Positions 45,764 through 55,171 of a DNA stretch of 64,000 nt are shown in pieces. Every line of letters begins with the position of its first letter. Position 1 is the first letter of the stretch. Source of the stretch: a virus (taxonomy: Duplodnaviria > Caudoviricetes). Made by a program: the position numbers and the translations under genes. Below the pieces are notes generated by a model. The model was not told the DNA's origin. It did not search any database and worked only from the letters and a program-made list of their open reading frames with translations. The stretch lies in the IMG/VR virus record IMGVR_UViG_3300046739_000039, positions 47,672 through 111,671 of that record, one strand, 5' to 3'.

Positions 45764-46092
45764 TGGAAAGACAGAACAGTAATTACAACCCTGATAAACG
45801 AGAACAGGGTACTAACTCAATATATAACTGGACTCGTCCTTTCCAATCTATGCAGGAACAGCTTGTCCAGCAGCAACTATTAGATAATGCTACCGCTGAG
45901 GCTGCTAACCGAAGACCACCAATTCCTAATATCGGATTAATACCTGACCGCTTTGGTTACGATAGAACTCCCCCAGGAATTGCTGACATTCTTACAGTGG
46001 ATGAATCCTTCTCTGCTAACTTTGGTGATTTCTCTGGAACAGAGTCAGGCTATGGTGGTACATCATATCCTCAGAATCCATCTCTTCCTTAA
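45763..46092 (+). CDS. Hypothetical protein
   Basis: TAATG coupling at 45763. Confidence 0.6.
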   Translation: MERQNSNYNPDKREQGTNSIYNWTRPFQSMQEQLVQQQLLDNATAEAANRRPPIPNIGLIPDRFGYDRTPPGIADILTVDESFSANFGDFSGTESGYGGTSYPQNPSLP

Positions 46093-46101
46093 GGAACACT
46101 T

Positions 46102-46290
46102 ATGGCAGCACCTATAAAGAAGGCGGCAGCAAAGAAGACTGCTGCGCCAAGACGTGCCACAGATAAAAGAACTGTTGGCTCTGCGAAGAATCCAAAGACA
46201 GTTACAGCACCTTCAGCAGCAGCCTATAAGGCTCCCAAGGTTACGAAAGTAGTCAAGGGCAAGGCTGGACGTCCGAAGAAAGTGAGTTAA
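46102..46290 (+). CDS. Histone-H1-like K/A/P-rich basic protein
   Basis: KKAAAKKTAAPRR...KGKAGRPKK; AAGGA RBS. Confidence 0.55.
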   Translation: MAAPIKKAAAKKTAAPRRATDKRTVGSAKNPKTVTAPSAAAYKAPKVTKVVKGKAGRPKKVS

Positions 46291-46291
46291 T

Positions 46292-46567
46292 ATGGCCTAC
46301 CCACACCTAAGATCCATGAATTCTGCTCTTGTAGAGGGCGCAACTGATGGAAAGTATAAGAAGCAACGTCCAAATACCTCTGGTGGAGAGATGAACCAAG
46401 AGGTTACTAACACCACTCGCCAGTCTCTTAACCTCTTGTACTACGGTATTGGAGAGGCTAGAATGGTTGAGGTACCTGGACAGAACACCTACAAGCCTAA
46501 CCCGTGCTACGCTCCTAACAAGTTCGAAAAGCTAGAGGATTCCGGCGTTCTAGGCCAGTCCTGGTAG
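46292..46567 (+). CDS. Hypothetical protein
   Basis: RSMN..L.EGATDGKYKK.RP. Confidence 0.6.
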   Translation: MAYPHLRSMNSALVEGATDGKYKKQRPNTSGGEMNQEVTNTTRQSLNLLYYGIGEARMVEVPGQNTYKPNPCYAPNKFEKLEDSGVLGQSW

Positions 46568-46587
46568 TACAAGATCAGCACTGCACC

Positions 46588-46629
46588 ACAGCCCCTGAGT
46601 TGACAGAAGTCAGTCAGGGGCTGTAGTCT
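46588..46629 (+). promoter_or_regulatory. Promoter embedded in an inverted repeat
   Basis: TTGACA (46600)-N18-TAGTCT; IR ACAGCCCCTGA / TCAGGGGCTGT flanking the -35. Confidence 0.65.
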
Positions 46630-46703
46630 TGAGCCTGTTGTTACGAGATCGGGACATTCCCGAGAACGAATAACAGTCCTTGTTGTCTATTGATTGGACC
46701 ATC

Positions 46704-47153
46704 ATGTCCGGTATAGGAAAGCGTGCACTTGTTACAAGCACCGTGATCTCTGCGCTAGTTGGATCTGGCCTTGCGATTGCGCCAAGCGCTGAGGCTGCTA
46801 CTTCTCTGAAGTCGCAAGCTTACAGCACTGCTACAGCCCAGAAGGGCGACTGGTACAAGTGGGGCGCAGCAGGCCCTTCACGATTTGACTGCTCTGGTTT
46901 GCTTTACTACTCTTTCCGTAAGCACGGGAAGAACGTTCCGCGCACAGCAGCAAGTCAGTACAATTACTCAAAGCACATCAGCAAGAGTAGTAGGACCAAG
47001 GGGGACCTTGTGTTCTTCTATGGAAGCGGTGGCATTTACCATGTTGGATTCTACGCCGGGAACGGTTACATCCTTCACGCCCCGCACACTGGAGCAAAGG
47101 TTCGGACTGAAAAGATCTGGACTTCCAGTGTGAAGTACGGTCGCATCGGATAA
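46704..47153 (+). CDS. Secreted NlpC/P60 peptidoglycan endopeptidase
   Basis: Signal peptide ending AEA; G..Y.WGA.GP..FDCSGL; PRTA..Q; GDLVFF; HVG.Y.G.G..LHAP. Confidence 0.9.
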   Translation: MSGIGKRALVTSTVISALVGSGLAIAPSAEAATSLKSQAYSTATAQKGDWYKWGAAGPSRFDCSGLLYYSFRKHGKNVPRTAASQYNYSKHISKSSRTKGDLVFFYGSGGIYHVGFYAGNGYILHAPHTGAKVRTEKIWTSSVKYGRIG

Positions 47154-47168
47154 TTAACCTCAACCTAA

Positions 47169-47771
<603 letters not shown>

Positions 47772-47775
47772 GCTC

Positions 47776-47805
47776 AAGAGGAGATCCTTCGGGGTCTCCT
47801 CTTTT
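47776..47805 (+). terminator. Intrinsic terminator (UUCG loop)
   Basis: AAGAGGAGATCC TTCG GGGTCTCCTCTTTT. Confidence 0.8.
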
Positions 47806-47833
47806 GCTGTCTAATCTGTGTTATACTACTTTC

Positions 47834-48283
47834 ATGAATAGACAATGTGAGCTGCCTGATTGCTCTAAAAAATATTTAGCGTCAGGCTATTGTGGGATGC
47901 ATTACCAGCGGTGGAAGAAATATGGTGATCCGTACAAGACTATAGGCACAGCCCATGGTGAAGCCGAAGGTTGGACGGAACCAAAAGGCTATGTAGTTCT
48001 TCCTCCTAGATATGGCAAGAATCATCCTAATAGAAAACATGATGGCAGAATATATGAGCATGTATACGTAATGTCTGCGCATCTTGGTAGAGCCCTTCTA
48101 TCGCACGAGAACGTACACCACAAGAATGGTCAACGCGGAGATAATCGCATTGAGAACTTAGAACTGTGGTCTAGATCCCAGCCATCTGGTCAACGTGTAC
48201 AAGATAAGTTACAATGGGCTGTAGAGCTTATTGAGCAGTATAAAGATGAGTACCCTGAACTAATAAAAGGACTATTAAATTGA
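47834..48283 (+). CDS. HNH endonuclease, probably leaderless
   Basis: C....C......GYC..HY.RW..YGDP; EH.YVM..HLGR.L...E.VHHKNG.R.DNRIENLELW; TG-T-TATACT 6 nt before ATG. Confidence 0.88.
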   Translation: MNRQCELPDCSKKYLASGYCGMHYQRWKKYGDPYKTIGTAHGEAEGWTEPKGYVVLPPRYGKNHPNRKHDGRIYEHVYVMSAHLGRALLSHENVHHKNGQRGDNRIENLELWSRSQPSGQRVQDKLQWAVELIEQYKDEYPELIKGLLN

Positions 48284-48840
48284 GCGATACATTCGACCCA
48301 TACAAGGATAAATCTGTACATAAGACGGGTCTGTTGGTGTGTTGGCCTTGTAAGCAAATTGATGAAATTCCTGATTATGATCCCGACAATGCTGATAACG
48401 ATCCGCGTATTGGTCACATTGTAGAGGCTCACCTCAGACGACACCCTTCTTATGAAAACCGAAATATCCTGGAGTGGATGTCCCTTGGATTTGTTCCTAC
48501 GCGTCATTTCAAAGACCCTCAGTATAAGAAGCAGATTATTGATCAAATTCTTGAGGGTAACGGTAAAACTGGTTTTGATGATGAGTTCTACGACACCAGA
48601 AACACCTTCAAGGAAGACGCTCTAGCCTGTTACCAGCGACACAACCGCCCAGCATTCAAGTCCAATACTTCTCCTAAGTGCAATGATTATCTGAACCACA
48701 ACATGGAGATCAAGCCCAATACTTCCCGTGAGCGTAAGATCGCTGGACTTCCTACCTATGACGAGACAAAGATTAAGCCGCGCTACATTTGCGAGCACTG
48801 CCCGTATCACCAGTCCGTTAAGATGGAACTAAGAAAGTAA
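48280..48840 (+). CDS. Cys/His-rich (Zn-binding) hypothetical protein
   Basis: C..C...H; F.EDA..C..RH.RP; C.DY; C..CPYH. Confidence 0.65.
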   Translation: MSDTFDPYKDKSVHKTGLLVCWPCKQIDEIPDYDPDNADNDPRIGHIVEAHLRRHPSYENRNILEWMSLGFVPTRHFKDPQYKKQIIDQILEGNGKTGFDDEFYDTRNTFKEDALACYQRHNRPAFKSNTSPKCNDYLNHNMEIKPNTSRERKIAGLPTYDETKIKPRYICEHCPYHQSVKMELRK

Positions 48841-48869
48841 TAACGAAACAACATTTGGAGAACCTAAGA

Positions 48870-49226
48870 ATGACAATTGATCTCGAAGAGCTACAGAAGA
48901 AGCAAGCCGCTGAGTTAATCGCGGAAACCAATTCTGTAGAAGAAGAGGTAACAACTGCTTTCCTTCTAGTTCAGGATACTAATGGTCAGTGGGCTGCATA
49001 TGCTGACTTCGCTGACAAGCAGCTAGCCATGGATCGTCAGGCCACATTAGATGACATCATTGGTGGTTGTGAGAATGTGAAGATTGGATGCCAAGTCCAA
49101 CAGGCTGCTATTTCCACCGTAATTATGATGGAGCAGAGAGCCGCGCAGATGCAGCACCAGATGATGCAACAGCAAGAGGCTTCACGAGTAGCTTCACTTA
49201 TTGATCCCAATAAGCTGAGAGTCTAA
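48870..49226 (+). CDS. Hypothetical protein (Q/M-rich C-terminus)
   Basis: GGAG + ATG 48870. Confidence 0.6.
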   Translation: MTIDLEELQKKQAAELIAETNSVEEEVTTAFLLVQDTNGQWAAYADFADKQLAMDRQATLDDIIGGCENVKIGCQVQQAAISTVIMMEQRAAQMQHQMMQQQEASRVASLIDPNKLRV

Positions 49227-49242
49227 TAAATAGGAGATTTAT

Positions 49243-50100
49243 ATGGTTGATTTATGGATGCCTGGTGCGTCTCGCCATTCTGTAGGAAATACTGGTGCAA
49301 TGTCCGGTGGTCCGTCAAGAGTGACTTGGCACACTACATCGAATACTAATGACCACACCTTTGCCAATGAGCTAGGGTGGTTCACAGGTGGCGGAGCCTC
49401 CGTAGCTCCTCACCTTCTGTGGGACCCTTTTACGGGTGAAATTGCTCAGCTATTCCCTGCTGACTCCCGCTCTCTGAGCCTGCAAAATGCTGGAACTGTA
49501 AAGACTAACCGAACTGGTAAGTACAATATCCAGATTGAAATTGTCTTTACTGCGGGTGAAACAGTTGCTGGTAAGAAGTATGCCACTGTTGCAGAGACTC
49601 CATGCAAGAATCTAGATAAGATCATGGCATGGCTGAAGAGCCTGGGAATTGCTGAGAAGTGGCCTGCTGGTGCTCCTTCTGGACTAAACCGACAGACTGT
49701 TCTGATTGATTTCTGGCTTAACAATGGTGGGCACTACGGACACTGCCACGTTCCTGGTAACTCCCACCTTGACCCTGGGGTAATGCCTAACCTGTTCGTG
49801 GCTGCTCCAAAGCCTCCGACAACAACCCCTAAGCCACCTGCGTACGTTCCTCCAGCCTTCCCGAAGGGTCTGGCTCCCAACAAGAGCACCCCATCCGCCA
49901 AGAGCCTACAGAAGGCACTGAAGGCTACGGATTGGCTAGCTGAGAGCGTCGCACTGTCTGACAACTATGGTTCAAAGACACAAGCGGCTGTAGCTGGATT
50001 CAATAAGAAGCACAACTTGAATAACGCAGGAGACAATTACGATCCTGCCATTGGTGCTAAGGGCTGGAAGCTTCTGTTCACATTAGCTTACGGTTCTTAA
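49243..50100 (+). CDS. Endolysin: N-acetylmuramoyl-L-alanine amidase + peptidoglycan-binding domain
   Basis: WHTT; PHLLWDP..G...Q; IQIE; GH..VPGN.H.DPG; Pro linker; LQ.AL...YG.KT..AV..F. Confidence 0.85.
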   Translation: MVDLWMPGASRHSVGNTGAMSGGPSRVTWHTTSNTNDHTFANELGWFTGGGASVAPHLLWDPFTGEIAQLFPADSRSLSLQNAGTVKTNRTGKYNIQIEIVFTAGETVAGKKYATVAETPCKNLDKIMAWLKSLGIAEKWPAGAPSGLNRQTVLIDFWLNNGGHYGHCHVPGNSHLDPGVMPNLFVAAPKPPTTTPKPPAYVPPAFPKGLAPNKSTPSAKSLQKALKATDWLAESVALSDNYGSKTQAAVAGFNKKHNLNNAGDNYDPAIGAKGWKLLFTLAYGS

Positions 50101-50110
50101 CCAAAACGTT

Positions 50111-50155
50111 AAGGGAACCCTACTAAGGATAAAATGGTAGGGTTCCCTTTTCTTT
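50111..50155 (+). terminator. Intrinsic terminator
   Basis: AAGGGAACCCTAC...GTAGGGTTCCCTTTTCTTT. Confidence 0.75.
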
Positions 50156-50178
50156 GTTTCTACTGTAGGATTGATGCC

Positions 50179-51033
50179 ATGAACGATATACGACTAGATT
50201 TAGGGGCTAGCAGTTATTTCAGCAAGCCCAACAATGTCCTTGACCCGAATCTATTTGAAGATAGAGAGCACCTACGTCCCGATGTCAGATCGCACCTACT
50301 CAATACTTTTCTCGATTATATGGGCGGTAAATATAACAGCCCTAGCAACTGGGTTATGGTTTGGCTGGCAGGTAGTGGAATTAGTTTCCAGTGGGCAGCA
50401 GATCGCGGAAATGGTGATCTCGATGTACTCTTTGGAATTGACTACACAAGATTCGTTTCCGACAATCCACAATTCCAATGGATGGACCGCCACGAGATAG
50501 CCGAATACATTACTCAGGATCTCAAGCAGAATCTTTGGCCAATGACGGCTCATACTTACTTCGGCTTTAGAGAATATGAAGTTACGTACTTCCTTAATGA
50601 CAATGTGGAAGCTACGCCAACTTCTATTGTCAATATCCATCCGTATGCCGCTTACAACATGACTAGGGATGCATGGACAATCCAGCCTCCGAAGCTCCCC
50701 GATAATCCTGGAGAGCTTTACCCAAGTGACTATTACGCACAGGCTGAAGCCAATACACAGGCAGCACACGCTATCATAGGGCGCTATAACAGCATCCGAT
50801 CCGAAGGAAGTATGATCGCACCAGGGAGCCCACAGGATGTTAATAACCGTAGACATAAGGCTCTGGTACGAACGGAGGCGCAGAATCTCTTTGACTCGCT
50901 CCATCTGGGTAGAAAGATGGCTTTTTCGAACCAGGGAGAAGGATATGGAGACTTTTACAATTTCCAATGGCAGCACGCCAAGCAATCAGGAGTAGTTAAC
51001 GCTCTTAATGAGATAATTAATCAGGAGAATTAA
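50179..51033 (+). CDS. Pol-beta-superfamily nucleotidyltransferase
   Basis: WLAGS (GS 50371) and GDLDV (50416-50424); YEVTY; AAYN.....W; likely leaderless ATG 50179 (TAGGAT 7 nt upstream). Confidence 0.7.
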   Translation: MNDIRLDLGASSYFSKPNNVLDPNLFEDREHLRPDVRSHLLNTFLDYMGGKYNSPSNWVMVWLAGSGISFQWAADRGNGDLDVLFGIDYTRFVSDNPQFQWMDRHEIAEYITQDLKQNLWPMTAHTYFGFREYEVTYFLNDNVEATPTSIVNIHPYAAYNMTRDAWTIQPPKLPDNPGELYPSDYYAQAEANTQAAHAIIGRYNSIRSEGSMIAPGSPQDVNNRRHKALVRTEAQNLFDSLHLGRKMAFSNQGEGYGDFYNFQWQHAKQSGVVNALNEIINQEN

Positions 51034-51531
51034 ATGGGTGAATCTTGGGGAAATCACGTAGCTATCGTTGTTAACGGTATATTACGACAGCTTAATGACT
51101 CGTCTGTCATCATTCCAGGACTGCTTATATATAAGTCATTAGTGAAGGATCATCGAGTATCCCTCATTATTGATAGTGGAGCCAAGGAAAAGGTGCAGTA
51201 TTGGCTGCTTATGAATTCTCTGACTGAGCATGTTAATGAGATTTATTGGGATGACACAGATCCTGAGGACACTGGACAGAGAAGGCTACGACAGATAGCA
51301 CGTCTACGTAAGCAAGGGCCTCTGTCCCTAGTTTATGAATCTGACACAGAAGCGGCAACAAGACTACTTCAGGCACAGGTTCCGACAATGCTCTTTCTGC
51401 ACCCTAATTACACACATCCTGATTTCCGTCCTGGACATTCCACAGAACCGACCCCTTGGAATAACTTGCTGTCAGAGAAGATAAAACAGCAAGAGGCCAG
51501 AGCGACAGATACACGACTTCTAGACTTCTAA
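51034..51531 (+). CDS. Degenerate HAD-fold-like protein
   Basis: AIVVNGILR, ..I.PG..IY..L, WL; LVYES, PT.LF..P.Y. Confidence 0.4.
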   Translation: MGESWGNHVAIVVNGILRQLNDSSVIIPGLLIYKSLVKDHRVSLIIDSGAKEKVQYWLLMNSLTEHVNEIYWDDTDPEDTGQRRLRQIARLRKQGPLSLVYESDTEAATRLLQAQVPTMLFLHPNYTHPDFRPGHSTEPTPWNNLLSEKIKQQEARATDTRLLDF

Positions 51532-51540
51532 GGAAATACT

Positions 51541-52722
51541 ATGGCCGCAAATATTCCAGATATGGGAGCTGTCGCCCACTTGGGTGGTCAGTTCAATACT
51601 GAGCACAACATTTTAGATGCAGCACAAAAGAGTTTGAGTAATAAGAGTAAGAAGTATGCTCAAGCACATAATACTCAGGTAAAGCAAACTGCTAATGCGC
51701 GTCAGAAGTTTGCACAAAGTGCAGCTCAGGGTATTAAGCAAGGACAGGCAGCATACGCTAAGAACGTTGCCGGACAGCAGAAGGCAGCGGCGCAAGCCGC
51801 TAAGGCTCACGCACAGGGCGTGAAGTCTGGTAAGGTAGCTCCTGCGCAGGGCGCACCACCACGTACTTTCGCTATGGGTTCTACTCCACAGCAGAAGCAA
51901 CAGCGTCAGCAGAGAAATCAGGCGCATGGTCAGGCTCTGCAAATGCAGAATCAAATGAATAGAGCTGGAGCAGCAAAGCAATCACAGAGTGCTAAGACAA
52001 TGCAGCAACAGCGTAACTTCGCTCATGGTGAAGCACTTAAGTTCCAGTCTGCGCAATTCAAGCTAAAGCAATCTCAGGTAAATAATGCACATGGTCAAGC
52101 TATTCAGGAAGCCAAGCAAAGAAGTAAGGGAGGAACAGCGATGAAGACACAGCAGGCACCAACACGACAAGCCCCTTCTTTGACTCCAGCGTTCTCTAAT
52201 CCGACTCCTACTCACACACCTGTTCAGGGTCAGCACATTGCCCCTGTGACCTTCTCAAGTCAGCTCACTCCCCAGAAGCCTGTTGCAAAGCCTCAGGGCT
52301 CCCCTGTAGCGTCTTTCAGCTCTGGTAGTGGGAATGGGGCCGCCAAGCCTCCACAAGCCCCTAAGAAGGCTACACAGAGCGGTGGCCTCTACAACCAGGA
52401 TGAGGACTCTGGTTGGACTTCTCAGGTAGGCGCATTCAAGCCATCCGGAAAGAATACTCCAGATGCTCCTCTGAGTCCGCAGTTTTCAGGGGGGAACCGT
52501 TTCCCGCAGCATAGCCACCCATCAGGATCTTCTACGGCTCCGCTGCCTAATCTGACAGCAGCTCAGCCAAAGCCGAATACCTTCACTACTGGTTCTCGTA
52601 ATGCAAGACCTAACGGAATTGCTGCTAGAGGATCACAACTAGAAGCTTGGGCAATGGGAAAGCAGGCAGAAGTAAGAAAGCAAAGAGGATCAAATAATAC
52701 GCAATTGAGACTAGGAGATTAG
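51541..52722 (+). CDS. Q/A/K/P-rich low-complexity basic protein
   Basis: AAGGA RBS; repeats NQAHGQAL / NFAHGEAL / NNAHGQAI; very few acidic residues. Confidence 0.7.
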   Translation: MAANIPDMGAVAHLGGQFNTEHNILDAAQKSLSNKSKKYAQAHNTQVKQTANARQKFAQSAAQGIKQGQAAYAKNVAGQQKAAAQAAKAHAQGVKSGKVAPAQGAPPRTFAMGSTPQQKQQRQQRNQAHGQALQMQNQMNRAGAAKQSQSAKTMQQQRNFAHGEALKFQSAQFKLKQSQVNNAHGQAIQEAKQRSKGGTAMKTQQAPTRQAPSLTPAFSNPTPTHTPVQGQHIAPVTFSSQLTPQKPVAKPQGSPVASFSSGSGNGAAKPPQAPKKATQSGGLYNQDEDSGWTSQVGAFKPSGKNTPDAPLSPQFSGGNRFPQHSHPSGSSTAPLPNLTAAQPKPNTFTTGSRNARPNGIAARGSQLEAWAMGKQAEVRKQRGSNNTQLRLGD

Positions 52723-52724
52723 CT

Positions 52725-54230
52725 ATTAAGCTTTACTTTCAGGGAGCACATCTACCTACTTATCGGAACCTTATTAAGGAAACCGGAGTAGGTAGTAGCT
52801 CCCTGTCCTATTTGGGACTACGAAATCGTACTAACTTTGGTAAGCCATGGTTGGTGTCCAAGTACTTCCCTGAGGGACATTCCCTTTTCGTGGACTCAGG
52901 ATGCCAGACACTGAACATTGCCAAAGAACAGAAGTATACAAATGAAGAATTGAGGGAAATTGCTGATCACTATTATGAGTGGGTCGCTAGTAATATCAAC
53001 GAAATCGAAATCTACACAGAATTTGATGCTCTACAACTCGGTGATGGCTACATTGAAGAGCGTAGGGATTCCGCCAGAGAACTCCTCTTCGATAAATTCG
53101 TCCCAGTTTGGCACCCTAGCGGGAATTCCCAAAGCGATGGAATGGCTGATCTCAATTCCCTGGCAGAAAGATTCGGCCGGGTTGGAATTGCTCAGACTCA
53201 TCTCAACGGAAGAGATCTTGTCCTTGTGCTCAATAGAATGGCATCCCGAGGTATTGAGCTTCATGGTTTAGCTATGACCAAGCAAGACGTTATGCAGGCC
53301 GTTAATTGGACATCCGTTTCTTCAACGTCTTGGGTTTCTCCCCAGAAATACGGAGCAACGTTCGTCTGGTCGCACAATCAGCTAAAGAGCTATTCGAAAG
53401 AACAAAAGGAACAGGCTCGACGCAAGGAAAGATTCGTCATTGAAGCCGCTGGTTTCAGTGTAGAAAAGATACTAGCGGATGATCCAAAGGAACTATTGCG
53501 TCTTTCTCTGTGGTCCTGGTCACAGTTTGTAGACTCAATCAACGCGAAAAAGGGTACAGGAGTAACTACATCGATGATTTCACCCAATGACGGTTTTACG
53601 GAAAACTACGATGATACAGTTGGTGGTGTTATTGAGCCAGTACGGAAGACAATATCAACTGTAGCGCGTAGAAATCCCTCAGAAATGCAGACCATTCCCC
53701 TACTCGCTTTTGAGGGGAAAATACAGAAGAAACGCAATGCGGAAACTGGCGAAATGGAAGATGTACAAATCGACCTAATTCGCAGTAGAAGTGACTCAAT
53801 GCGTCTCTGCGATACCTGTTTTCTGGCAGCCAAGTGCCCCATGTTTGAAGAATCCTCAACTTGTGCTTATAATATCCCCATCACGATCCGCACAAAGGAT
53901 CAGGCGCAAGCCCTCATGGATACCATGGTAGAAATGCAGGCTCAGCGCGTATTATTCATGAAAATGGCTGAGGACGCGGAAGGTGGACACGCTGACCCCA
54001 TCCTTTCCAGTGAAATGGATCGCCTGGTTAAGATGATGAAGACCAAGAGCGATATGGAACAGGAAGGTTTCTCTTTGACTGTCACTGCCAAACAGAATGG
54101 GCAGGCAGGAATTATGGACCGCATCTTCGGTGAAATGGGTAATACCGAGAAGCTGAGGGAACTGGAAGCTCCGCAACAAGTAGAAGAATTTATCGATAAC
54201 TCAGGAATTTGGGAAGCAGAAACATACTAA
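52725..54230 (+). CDS. TGT/DpdA-like (tRNA-guanine transglycosylase fold) protein with Cys-rich C-terminal domain; probable ATT start
   Basis: (M)KLYFQG, LSY, LFVDSG, EFD, VPVWH, LHGLAMT, TSVSSTSW; CDTC.....C........C; AGGAG 7 nt before in-frame ATT. Confidence 0.6.
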   Translation: MKLYFQGAHLPTYRNLIKETGVGSSSLSYLGLRNRTNFGKPWLVSKYFPEGHSLFVDSGCQTLNIAKEQKYTNEELREIADHYYEWVASNINEIEIYTEFDALQLGDGYIEERRDSARELLFDKFVPVWHPSGNSQSDGMADLNSLAERFGRVGIAQTHLNGRDLVLVLNRMASRGIELHGLAMTKQDVMQAVNWTSVSSTSWVSPQKYGATFVWSHNQLKSYSKEQKEQARRKERFVIEAAGFSVEKILADDPKELLRLSLWSWSQFVDSINAKKGTGVTTSMISPNDGFTENYDDTVGGVIEPVRKTISTVARRNPSEMQTIPLLAFEGKIQKKRNAETGEMEDVQIDLIRSRSDSMRLCDTCFLAAKCPMFEESSTCAYNIPITIRTKDQAQALMDTMVEMQAQRVLFMKMAEDAEGGHADPILSSEMDRLVKMMKTKSDMEQEGFSLTVTAKQNGQAGIMDRIFGEMGNTEKLRELEAPQQVEEFIDNSGIWEAETY

Positions 54231-54232
54231 AC

Positions 54233-54430
54233 ATGACTAACTACTCTGACGTAGAAACCGTAGATTACGACTCCGAAGAATTTGATGACTTCGTGACAGA
54301 TACATTCGAACTTCAATTTCTCGGAGAGCTGCACTCTGAAGGAACACCATGTCACGCCTGTTTTGGTACTGGGCTTGACAGAGAGCTTGATGCCGATTGT
54401 CTAACATGTTGGGGTGATGGAGTTGTCTAA
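54233..54430 (+). CDS. Small acidic protein with CxxCxGxG (DnaJ-type) Zn knuckles
   Basis: CHACFGTG...CLTCWGDG. Confidence 0.6.
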   Translation: MTNYSDVETVDYDSEEFDDFVTDTFELQFLGELHSEGTPCHACFGTGLDRELDADCLTCWGDGVV

Positions 54431-54689
54431 CGAACAGATTTTCGATGATATGGTCGACAGCCTGTTAGCAGGAGAAGGCTTAGTAGCTGAATTCGATTCA
54501 GGTCTGACCCTTTCCGCGTATGATGTAGACCGTATTGGAATAACCCTAGATGAGCCGGGATATACCATTGATTTGGTTATCACTGGAGAAGAGCTGGACT
54601 ACTTACACGTCTTTCTAGAAGCTCTTCATGTAGCCCGTAAGCAAGTTGAAGACGTTAATTGGGACGAATTGCTGACCGGAACTGAGTAA
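54417..54689 (+). CDS. Acidic hypothetical protein
   Basis: Overlaps previous stop; ends before terminator. Confidence 0.55.
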   Translation: MELSNEQIFDDMVDSLLAGEGLVAEFDSGLTLSAYDVDRIGITLDEPGYTIDLVITGEELDYLHVFLEALHVARKQVEDVNWDELLTGTE

Positions 54690-54699
54690 AGAATCAAAC

Positions 54700-54742
54700 G
54701 AAAAGCCCTACCGGAATTATTGTTAAACCGGTAGGGCTTTTC
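54700..54742. terminator. Bidirectional terminator between converging genes
   Basis: GAAAAGCCCTACCGG...CCGGTAGGGCTTTTC. Confidence 0.75.
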
Positions 54743-54747
54743 TATGT

Positions 54748-54987
54748 TTATTCGTCCTCTTTCCATACCCAAATGTACTCAGGAGTCCGAGACCATGCAG
54801 GCTCAGGCTCATACCAGGGCTTCGGTTTAATGACTTCCTTGATCCTGTCAAGGTCACAGAGAATGTCCTTGATCAGATCCTGCTGTAGTGGAGCGAATAG
54901 ACTCAAATAACTCTCAAATGTCATCTTCGGCTGCAATTCGTTCGCAGTCACGATAACTGATGACACATACTCAATGTCATAGCCCAT
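54748..54987 (-). CDS. Hypothetical protein (79 aa)
   Basis: AGGAG upstream of ATG 54987; stops next to terminator. Confidence 0.5.
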   Translation of the reverse strand: MGYDIEYVSSVIVTANELQPKMTFESYLSLFAPLQQDLIKDILCDLDRIKEVIKPKPWYEPEPAWSRTPEYIWVWKEDE

Positions 54988-55141
54988 TACGATATGTCTC
55001 CTATTTCCCTCTATAAGGCATAAATCGGACATAGCGCCAAATATCCGACATTTATTTTCGGGCAGGTCTGGTACGAATCCGTAGGGTGACAACTGGTCTG
55101 TCACGTGACCCTTAGAGCGCAAGCGCTCCGTTCGATGTCTC

Positions 55142-55171
55142 TATCTAATCACGCCTCCCACGGGCTGTCAA
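55142..55171 (-). promoter_or_regulatory. Candidate leftward promoter
   Basis: TTGACA-N18-TAGATA. Confidence 0.45.

Noticed and set aside
46630-46703. c-di-AMP (ydaO) riboswitch upstream of NlpC/P60-Rpf
   Set aside because: Leader is too short (~70 nt) and lacks the GCTGAA, GGGGxGAATC and CAGCTAAC elements.
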